A stretch of 64,000 nt of DNA from Candidatus Curtissbacteria bacterium RIFOXYA1_FULL_41_14 (GTDB lineage Bacteria; Patescibacteriota; Microgenomatia; Curtissbacterales; GWA2-41-24), in the NCBI GenBank assembly GCA_001775095.1, contig MFCA01000025.1:181232-245231 (forward strand), given 5' to 3'. Under the pieces are notes generated by a model, which made no database searches, was not told where the DNA came from, and was given only the letters and a program-made list of their open reading frames with translations. Positions 50,558-57,404 of this stretch are shown piece by piece; the first letter of the stretch is position 1, and each line of letters begins with the position of its first letter. The position numbers and the translations under genes were made by a program.

Positions 50558-50971
50558 TTACAATAATTCCGCGGGGGTAACCGGTAACAGTTTTTCTATT
50601 TTGGAAAAATCAGTGTCATAAGTAACTAGCTTTACATCACTAGGTACTTGAGTGACAATCAAACAGTCTGCATATTTAATATTGTGTTTCTTATAAAGTA
50701 AAAGGGCTCTTCTGGTGTCTGTTTTTTCGATTATTGTTAAATTTCTCAAAGAAATCAGGTTGTCGGTATCAGAAAGCACTTTATCTTTTGGAAATTTGTA
50801 AAGCTTAATCAGTACAAACTGGATTTCCAAAACTACTATATTGGAAGTGTAAGAACGGATTTTTCCTTCTTCTCCGGCTTCAAAAAATTTTTGACATTCT
50901 TCGAATTTTTGTTTGTCGTCAGCAGTTAAAAATCGGATAAAGACGCTCGTGTCTATAAAAACTTTTGTCAT
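50558..50971 (-). CDS. PIN-domain toxin
   Basis: VFIDTSVFIRFL, VVLEI, KYADCLI, VTYDTDF; start taken at ATG50971. Confidence 0.9.
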   Translation of the reverse strand: MTKVFIDTSVFIRFLTADDKQKFEECQKFFEAGEEGKIRSYTSNIVVLEIQFVLIKLYKFPKDKVLSDTDNLISLRNLTIIEKTDTRRALLLYKKHNIKYADCLIVTQVPSDVKLVTYDTDFSKIEKLLPVTPAELL

Positions 50972-50975
50972 TTTC

Positions 50976-51203
50976 TTATCTGGAGTAATCGATGTATTCG
51001 CGAATTTTTTCTGCAGGAATAGGCTTAGCAACTTTGTATTTACCAGCCAGCGACATAAGTTTGGATTTTAATGGTTCGATAATTATTTTTGATTGTTCAA
51101 CCTTTATAAGTGCTCTACCATGTTTTGTAAGCCCTGCTTTCTTGCGGATCGAAACAGGTATGTGGACTTGGAATTTAGGAGTAATTGTGGTTATTGTTTC
51201 CAT
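50976..51203 (-). CDS. AbrB/MazE-family antitoxin
   Basis: TITPKFQVHIPVSIRKKAGL...IIIEP; TTGACA..TACAAT promoter upstream. Confidence 0.88.
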   Translation of the reverse strand: METITTITPKFQVHIPVSIRKKAGLTKHGRALIKVEQSKIIIEPLKSKLMSLAGKYKVAKPIPAEKIREYIDYSR

Positions 51204-51292
51204 ATCAATACATATTGTATGTTATTGACTTTTTATTGTCAATAATTAAACAACATCAATTACTTAATTTAATCGAGGAATTTGCTTGCAGT

Positions 51293-51318
51293 GCTTGCCC
51301 TGAGTTTACCGAAGGGAG
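51293..51318. repeat. Small palindromic element (type B) after paralog B
   Basis: gcttgccctgagtttaccgaaggg is the reverse of the CCCTTCG...CTCAGGGCAAGC family. Confidence 0.6.
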
Positions 51319-51319
51319 A

Positions 51320-52195
51320 TTATTCGAATCTGAAGGTGGAGAGGATTTGGTCAAAAATTTCTTGCCCTTTAAGTATTTCTTTTTCGTCCCGGGATTGAGT
51401 TTCCAATTCTAATATTAGAATCCGCTTAAAATCTTTCGAGAAAAGATCTACAGCAGTGATATGTTCAGAACCTGCGCGAGGAAGCGGTTGAATCCCTTCT
51501 TGCCCATTCACTCTTACAGTCTTTATCGTGTAAGGTAACTGTTCGAAATCATAAAGGTCAGCAAATGGTTTTCCAGTATTATTATTATAATTCCCTTGAT
51601 TTATGAAACTTAATAAATATGCACCTTGTGGGTCTTCTATTTCTTGAACTGACCTACTCCCAAAGATTTGGATAGATTTTTGTGTCCAACTTGTAGGATA
51701 TTTGAAAGAGTACGAATTGTCTTGAGAGGTGTATGTTTTCCAATTTGCAGTTTCGTCGGATTGATTTTGCTCAATAAGCTTTAAAAGTATTTGTTTGTCG
51801 GTGTCATTTATCACACCATCCGCATCTAAATCAGCAAGCGGATGATAATTTTTTTGCCCTCGACTAGTTCCTAAGGCAGTATTAAGTAAATTAAGATCTG
51901 CAACATTACACATTCCATCTGAGTTGACATCGCAAGGTGCAATATCTAACGATTCTTGGTTGATGACTTCGGTAAAAGATTTACCATCAGGGGTTTTACA
52001 TTGTCTAGGGTAGGTTAAAATGATTCGGTTGCCGGCTCTGGCACAATCTTCAAATGAATTTATTGCGGGACTTGGGGTTGGTTGGTTCTTGATGTTTTTG
52101 AGAAGATTGGTGTTGAGGAAAAGAGTTAATGCAACGCCAAATGTAATCAGGGCGAGGATAATAAGTACTGGCGGCGTTAGATATCCCCTTCTCAT
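51320..52195 (-). CDS. PsbP-like surface protein, paralog B, with Cys micro-domain and dockerin-like EF-hand pair
   Basis: Same N-terminus; INSFEDCARAG..YPRQCKTPDGKSFTE; DVNSDGMCNVADL / DLDADGVINDTD; ETANWKTY..FKYPTSW ... FDQILSTFRFE. Confidence 0.8.
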   Translation of the reverse strand: MRRGYLTPPVLIILALITFGVALTLFLNTNLLKNIKNQPTPSPAINSFEDCARAGNRIILTYPRQCKTPDGKSFTEVINQESLDIAPCDVNSDGMCNVADLNLLNTALGTSRGQKNYHPLADLDADGVINDTDKQILLKLIEQNQSDETANWKTYTSQDNSYSFKYPTSWTQKSIQIFGSRSVQEIEDPQGAYLLSFINQGNYNNNTGKPFADLYDFEQLPYTIKTVRVNGQEGIQPLPRAGSEHITAVDLFSKDFKRILILELETQSRDEKEILKGQEIFDQILSTFRFE

Positions 52196-52239
52196 ACTTT
52201 CATCATTTCATTTCCTCAGAGAAGAGTCAAAGTGAGGAA

Positions 52240-52283
52240 GAGCCAGAGAGTCAGAAAGTCAGAAAGTCAGAAAGTCAGAGAGG
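52240..52283. repeat. 8-bp tandem repeat (AGAAAGTC)
   Basis: gagccagagagtcagaaagtcagaaagtcagaaagtcagagag. Confidence 0.8.
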
Positions 52284-52700
52284 TTAGAGACGAAAAGTTT
52301 CGAAGAGATCTTTTGGTGTTAAAGCAATCGAGGGCTTTAAAAATTCGGCTACTTTTTTGTTTAAAAAGTCTTTTTTATCCAAAGTTACCAAAAAATCAGA
52401 TTTTGATTGTTTTGCTTCGGCTAAAATAACCGCATCTTTTTCGACAATTATCTTTTTCGCTTGTCTGATTAACTCTAAGTCTGGTTTTTGATCTAAAATA
52501 TGGGTTTTCTCTACCAACTTAAAAAAACGCTCAAGTGCATATGACTGCAATTTTTTTCTGATATTTCTTTCAGTTTCGGTCAGAACCAAGTGCGAAACAA
52601 CCAGCTTGATATTTTTATAGGTAAAAAGTTTAGCCGAGCCGCCTGTTGGAGAATTAGCAGCAGTGAATAGAACGCTTGAATCAATAAAGACAGACTTCAT
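52284..52700 (-). CDS. PIN-domain toxin
   Basis: VFIDSSVLF, VLTETERN, KDAVILAEA, LVTLDKKDF. Confidence 0.88.
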   Translation of the reverse strand: MKSVFIDSSVLFTAANSPTGGSAKLFTYKNIKLVVSHLVLTETERNIRKKLQSYALERFFKLVEKTHILDQKPDLELIRQAKKIIVEKDAVILAEAKQSKSDFLVTLDKKDFLNKKVAEFLKPSIALTPKDLFETFRL

Positions 52701-52963
52701 TATAGTCTATCTTCTTTTTGCCACTTTTCGATTTCCTTTTTAGTGAATTCTCTCGTTAGAGGCAGAAGGGTAGGATCGATAAACGTCTTGCCGTAAATTT
52801 TTCTAATTTCTTCTTCAAGTTTCGTAAGATAATCAATATCGACAAGGGCCGCGCGAGGCGTACCGCCTTTAGTAAGTATGATATATTTTTCCCCTTTGAC
52901 CTTTTGGGTCAGGCTGCTTAAATTGCTTCTGACTTTCGTTATCGGAACGATATCGATATTCAT
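52700..52963 (-). CDS. Phd/YefM-family antitoxin
   Basis: VPITKVRSNL..IILTKGGTPRAALV; TTGACA-N17-GATAAT 6 nt before the ATG. Confidence 0.88.
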   Translation of the reverse strand: MNIDIVPITKVRSNLSSLTQKVKGEKYIILTKGGTPRAALVDIDYLTKLEEEIRKIYGKTFIDPTLLPLTREFTKKEIEKWQKEDRL

Positions 52964-53016
52964 ATTTTAATTATCCAACACGTACAAAAAAATGTCAAGT
53001 ATTATGTACATTATAC

Positions 53017-53133
53017 TGTCATTCTGAGCCTTTCGCCGGTCACTCTGAATCCTTCGATTGTCATTCTGAACGTAGTGAAGAATCTCAGGGTAAACTCCGT
53101 AAAGGGTCTCAAGATAAACTCCGCGAAGAATCT
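53017..53133. repeat. Multiply nested palindromic element
   Basis: Three GTCA(T/C)TCTGA starts and three matching GAAGAATCT/AAAGGGTCT ends, alternating with CCTTCG...CA(G/A)G(G/A)TAAACTC layers. Confidence 0.8.
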
Positions 53134-53137
53134 TGAT

Positions 53138-53791
53138 TCAGTCTAAAAATCTGAACGTTGAGAGGATTTGGTCAAAAACTTGCTCATGATTACCCTGAAA
53201 ATCTAAATTGGGATAACTAATCATATATTGATTGCTGTTATGATTAACATAAACTCTAGCTTCTTTTCTGCGGGGTCCTTCGGATTTTTCAGTTGTTATA
53301 TTAACAACACCTTTCTCACCTGCAACTTCGAAACTTGTGAAGGTGTCGTATTTTGTAGATTTTGGTAATGGTCCGTAATCGGGGTCTTCAGGTATTGGTT
53401 GAACATAGACATAAAAATCCGCTGGTAGAACATCACCAAAAAAACAATCTGCAAGTGCCGTTTTATTTACAAAAAGATAGCCTCGAATACCCTTGTCGCA
53501 AGGTGGAGTTTCATTATCGTAAACAAACCAACTGGAAGGGTACTTGATCGAGAACCCCAACTGGGTGTTTGTATATGTTTTCCAATTTGCTGTTTCCGCG
53601 GAATCATTCGGTTCACGGCCAGCGTCTGAAATTGGACTGGGTTGGTCTTGAACCGACGGTTCGGAACTTGGAGTTGATTTGTTTTTGATGTTTTTTAGAA
53701 GATTTGTGTTGAAATAAAGAGTTAATGCCACGCCAAGAGTAATCAGGGCGAGAATAATCATTACCGGAGGAGTTAAATATCCCCTTCTCAT
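53138..53791 (-). CDS. PsbP-like surface protein, paralog C
   Basis: First ~70 aa nearly identical to paralog A; WKTYTNTQLGFSIKYPSSW ... FDQILSTFRFLD. Confidence 0.8.
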   Translation of the reverse strand: MRRGYLTPPVMIILALITLGVALTLYFNTNLLKNIKNKSTPSSEPSVQDQPSPISDAGREPNDSAETANWKTYTNTQLGFSIKYPSSWFVYDNETPPCDKGIRGYLFVNKTALADCFFGDVLPADFYVYVQPIPEDPDYGPLPKSTKYDTFTSFEVAGEKGVVNITTEKSEGPRRKEARVYVNHNSNQYMISYPNLDFQGNHEQVFDQILSTFRFLD

Positions 53792-53853
53792 ACTTTCATC
53801 ATTTCACTTCCTGTTTTTAAACACAATTGGCATAGTGAGAATCTAATCAATAT

Positions 53854-54036
53854 TGTCATTCCGAACTTGCTTCGGAATCTAACTCCCGAAGTGGGAAGTT
53901 GGAAGTGAGAATGTAGATATTGTGGTGGGATGTGGGAAGAAAACAAAATCCCACTTCTCATATCATTAATCCTTTAATCCCATTTCTCACCTCTCACTTC
54001 ATAGATTCTGGATCCTGAATCGAGTTCAGGATGACA
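53854..54036. repeat. TGTCATTCC...GGATGACA element enclosing a heptamer IR element
   Basis: tgtcattccgaacttgcttcggaatct ... gaagtgggaagttggaagtgaga ... tctcacctctcacttc ... gatcctgaatcgagttcaggatgaca. Confidence 0.75.
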
Positions 54037-54079
54037 AAAGGGCATAGGTTTTGGAACCGTTTCATACTATAATTTGCTC

Positions 54080-55567
54080 ATGGTGAAACGAATATACATT
54101 ACTACTGCGATTCCGTACGTTAATGCAGCGCCGCATATTGGTTTTGCTTTGGAGGCCGTGCAGGCGGATTGTCTGGCGCGGTTCTATCGAGCGATTGGCT
54201 ATGACGTTTATTTTTCAACTGGAACGGACGAGAACAGCCTCAAAAATGTCCAGGCAGCGGAAGCTGAGGGTATTCCCGTCCAAAAACTGGTCGATAAATA
54301 CGCCAAACAGTTTGAACATCTGAAAGGGGCTTTAAATCTCTCCTGGGATGTCTTTATCAGAACCAGTAACCAGACACACTTTGTGGGTGCCCAGAAACTA
54401 TGGAGTCTTTGCAACAAAGATATTTATAAGAAGAAATATCGGGGCCTTTATTGCGTTGGCTGTGAATTGTTTTACTCCCCTGGCGAACTGATTGACGGAA
54501 AGTGTCCTGAGCATCAAACGATACCGGAGGAAGTCGAAGAAGAAAATTATTTTTTTGCTCTCTCAAAGTATCAAGAATATCTGGAGAAATTGATTGCCAC
54601 GGATAAATTGCGGATTACGCCGATAAGTCGGAAGAATGAGGTTTTGTCATTTATTAAAAGAGGGCTTGAGGATTTTAGTATTTCAAGATCAGTTGCGAGG
54701 TCAAGAGGCTGGGGAGTACCGGTCCCTGGTGACCAGAGTCAAGTTCAATATGTCTGGTTTGATGCCTTGACTAACTACCTAACAGCACTGGGTTTTGGGA
54801 ATGATGAAACTCTATACAAAAAATATTGGGCTGATTCCCCTAGATCCACTCCAGGAGTGAGCTTAGTTACATCCCGGCACACTCCGGGAGTGAACAAAGA
54901 CCGAGTAACTCGCCTGCATGTCATCGGTAAAGGCATTATCAGATTTCATGCAATCTATTGGCCGGCCATGCTAGCTTCAGCCGGACTTCCCCTGCCAAAT
55001 GAGGAGTTTGTCCATGGCTACATTACAGTAGAAGGACAAAAGATTTCCAAGTCACTTGGAAATGTAATTGATCCTTTCGAATTAACCGAAAAATTTGAGG
55101 TTGATCCTGTCCGCTACTTTCTGCTTAGGGAAATTCCTGCCTGGGGCGATGGTGATTTTTCGATTATCAGATTTAAAGAGCTTTACAATGGCGAACTGGC
55201 CAATGGTTTGGGAAATTTAGTGGCCAGAGTAGCTAGACTTTGTGCGGATGTGAATTTGAATTTACCGTCGAAAAAGAATTTTAAATTTAAAAAAGTGGTC
55301 AGTGACAACCTAAAAAACTTCCGTTTTGATCTTGCGTTACTTTCTCTTTGGGACGATATTTCTTCTCTTGATAAAAAAATAAATGAGGAAAAACCTTGGG
55401 AACTTGAGGGTAAAACCCTGAAAAAAGCAATTTCACCCATTGCCCAACAAATCCGCGAGGTTGCTTTTAATTTAAGTCCGTTTTTACCGGAAACTTCTGA
55501 AAAGATCATTGAACACTTTACTGGCACGGTTAAACAACAAGCTCCGCTCTTTCCCCGCCTTCACTAA
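54080..55567 (+). CDS. metG: Methionine--tRNA ligase (short form) with in-frame insertion
   Basis: TTAIPYVNAAPHIG, GTDEN, YCVGCE..CPEH, YVWFDAL, GKGIIRFHAIYWPA, KISKSLGN; start taken at ATG54080. Confidence 0.96.
   Translation: MVKRIYITTAIPYVNAAPHIGFALEAVQADCLARFYRAIGYDVYFSTGTDENSLKNVQAAEAEGIPVQKLVDKYAKQFEHLKGALNLSWDVFIRTSNQTHFVGAQKLWSLCNKDIYKKKYRGLYCVGCELFYSPGELIDGKCPEHQTIPEEVEEENYFFALSKYQEYLEKLIATDKLRITPISRKNEVLSFIKRGLEDFSISRSVARSRGWGVPVPGDQSQVQYVWFDALTNYLTALGFGNDETLYKKYWADSPRSTPGVSLVTSRHTPGVNKDRVTRLHVIGKGIIRFHAIYWPAMLASAGLPLPNEEFVHGYITVEGQKISKSLGNVIDPFELTEKFEVDPVRYFLLREIPAWGDGDFSIIRFKELYNGELANGLGNLVARVARLCADVNLNLPSKKNFKFKKVVSDNLKNFRFDLALLSLWDDISSLDKKINEEKPWELEGKTLKKAISPIAQQIREVAFNLSPFLPETSEKIIEHFTGTVKQQAPLFPRLH
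54847..54892. repeat. Twin-palindrome element inside metG
   Basis: CACTCCAGGAGTG-agcttagttacatcccggca-CACTCCGGGAGTG; encodes TPGVSLVTSRHTPGV. Confidence 0.88.
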
Positions 55568-55590
55568 AGTTTCGGCGGGCAAGCTAGAAT

Positions 55591-56268
55591 ATGACTGATA
55601 AGACTAATAAGACAAAACTTTTCGTTTGGGATTTTCATGGAACTTTAGAGGAGGGTGTCGAGATAGGTTTTTTTGAAATTTTAAAAAAACTTGCCAAGAA
55701 ATTTAAGGCTGATAGAAAGATTACACTTTTTGAGGTCAGGGAAAAATACGGAATAACCGTTGCTGAATATCTGAGATTTTTTTTCCCAAAAGCTAACATT
55801 CTCCAAATTAAGAAAATGATGGAGGAGGTCGCCGAAATTCAAAATCAAAACCATCTCAAAGAATATGTCAGGCCTGCTCCAGGAGCCATTGAGGTTTTAT
55901 CAAAAATCAAAAAGGCCGGGTATGAGAATATTGTGGTTTCAAATTCGCACCCTAAGCATATCGAATTTCTAATCGATATTGTCGGAATGAAAAATCTGAT
56001 TAGCCGAGTTTTTGCGGTTGACCGGCATTACAGCCATAGAAAACAGAATCCGACAAAAGAAAAGGTCAAGATTTTCAAAATGATTATCAAACAAAAAAAC
56101 TTGAAGGCCAGACAGCTAATTACAATTGGAGATAAAGCAACTGATGTCAATGCTGGAATTTTGGCAGGAGGGACAACCTATCAGTATCTTCATAAAGGAT
56201 TTCCGATTGATGGGACAGAAGCAGACTATAAAATTCACGATCTTAGAGAGATTTTGGGGGAAATTTGA
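55591..56268 (+). CDS. HAD-family hydrolase
   Basis: VWDFHGTL, VVSNS, IGDKATDVNAG. Confidence 0.85.
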   Translation: MTDKTNKTKLFVWDFHGTLEEGVEIGFFEILKKLAKKFKADRKITLFEVREKYGITVAEYLRFFFPKANILQIKKMMEEVAEIQNQNHLKEYVRPAPGAIEVLSKIKKAGYENIVVSNSHPKHIEFLIDIVGMKNLISRVFAVDRHYSHRKQNPTKEKVKIFKMIIKQKNLKARQLITIGDKATDVNAGILAGGTTYQYLHKGFPIDGTEADYKIHDLREILGEI

Positions 56269-57170
56269 TGCTAGTTGATAGTCACGCTCATCTAGACTCA
56301 GTCGAGGATCTTGGGACCGTCCTCGGCCATGCCAGGTCTGAGGGAATTAGCGAAATAATTACAGCCGGAACTTCGATTGAATCGAGCAGAAAGTGCGTGG
56401 AAATTGCAGAACAACGCAGAATAGGTACGCGGATATACGCAACGATTGGTATTCACCCTCAAGATGGAGAAAATGAAATAAAGAATCTCGGTTTGTATCA
56501 ATGTATTAATTCATTGATACAAATCACTAAGACTTCTGACAGAGTAATTGGAATTGGGGAAACAGGATTGGATTATTACGAGACAGGCGACACGAAACAA
56601 GTAACAAGTAAGGATGATAAAAAAAATCAGAGAGAATTATTTAGAGAACAGGTAAAACTTGCGGTGCAGCTAAAACTACCGCTTGTCATTCATTGCCGTA
56701 ATGCGTGGGAGGAGACCTTTAGTTTACTGACAAGACATAATCATTATTCTTCGAGTGGAGCGAAGCGGAATCGAGAAGTTCCGATAAAGAAGTTCTCGAC
56801 AAGCCTTTCGACCATGAGCTCAAGACCGAATGGCTCGAACAATAAGTTAACAGGTGTTTTTCATTCATGGACTGGAGATTGGAACGCGGCAAGAAAAGCT
56901 TTAGATCTCGGTTTTTACATCTCTTTTTCCGGAATCGTCACTTTCAAAAATGCTCAAGAAATCCAGGAAGTTGCTCAAAAAGTGCCTCTGGATCGAATAC
57001 TACTGGAGACTGATTCCCCATATCTTTCTCCAGAACCGCTTCGTGGAAAAACAAATGAACCGAAAAATGTTAAAATAGTGGCTCAGTTTGTTGCCGATCT
57101 TCGGCATTTGTCTTTTGAAGAGATAGCGGGAATTACATCGGAAAATGCGGGGAGGTTGTTTGGAATTTGA
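56265..57170 (+). CDS. tatD: TatD-family DNase with in-frame insertions
   Basis: DSHAHL, GIHP, IGETGLDYY, IHCR, GVFHSW, LLETDSPYLSP. Confidence 0.93.
   Translation: MMLVDSHAHLDSVEDLGTVLGHARSEGISEIITAGTSIESSRKCVEIAEQRRIGTRIYATIGIHPQDGENEIKNLGLYQCINSLIQITKTSDRVIGIGETGLDYYETGDTKQVTSKDDKKNQRELFREQVKLAVQLKLPLVIHCRNAWEETFSLLTRHNHYSSSGAKRNREVPIKKFSTSLSTMSSRPNGSNNKLTGVFHSWTGDWNAARKALDLGFYISFSGIVTFKNAQEIQEVAQKVPLDRILLETDSPYLSPEPLRGKTNEPKNVKIVAQFVADLRHLSFEEIAGITSENAGRLFGI
56744..56845. repeat. Nested palindromic element inside tatD
   Basis: ttattcttcgag..tcgagaagtt..aagttctcgacaag[cctttcgaccatgagctcaagaccgaatgg]ctcgaacaataa. Confidence 0.75.
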
Positions 57171-57196
57171 ATAATTAACCTAATTGATCTAATTGT

Positions 57197-57292
57197 TCTA
57201 ATATCAGCTAAACTTCAATTATTGTAATTAATATTAAAAATCTAATGAAGTTTACTGATATATCAGATTCGCCGAAGGCGAAGGCTGATATT
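57197..57292. mobile_element. MITE-like element copy 2 plus an appended TATCAG...CTGATA hairpin
   Basis: tctaatatcagctaaacttca...tgaagtttactgata then tatcagattcgccgaaggcgaaggctgatatt. Confidence 0.65.
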
Positions 57293-57404
57293 AATCTAAA
57301 TAAATCCCAATTAAAAAAATACCCAAAAATAATTTAGTCATTAGTCATTGGGAGTTGGGAATTGATTAGAATAATTAGACTAATTAGAAATTAGAGATTT
57401 TAAT

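Noticed and set aside
49943-53791. Diversity-generating retroelement
   Set aside because: No reverse transcriptase and no template/variable repeat pair differing only at adenines; the variable cores are wholesale different
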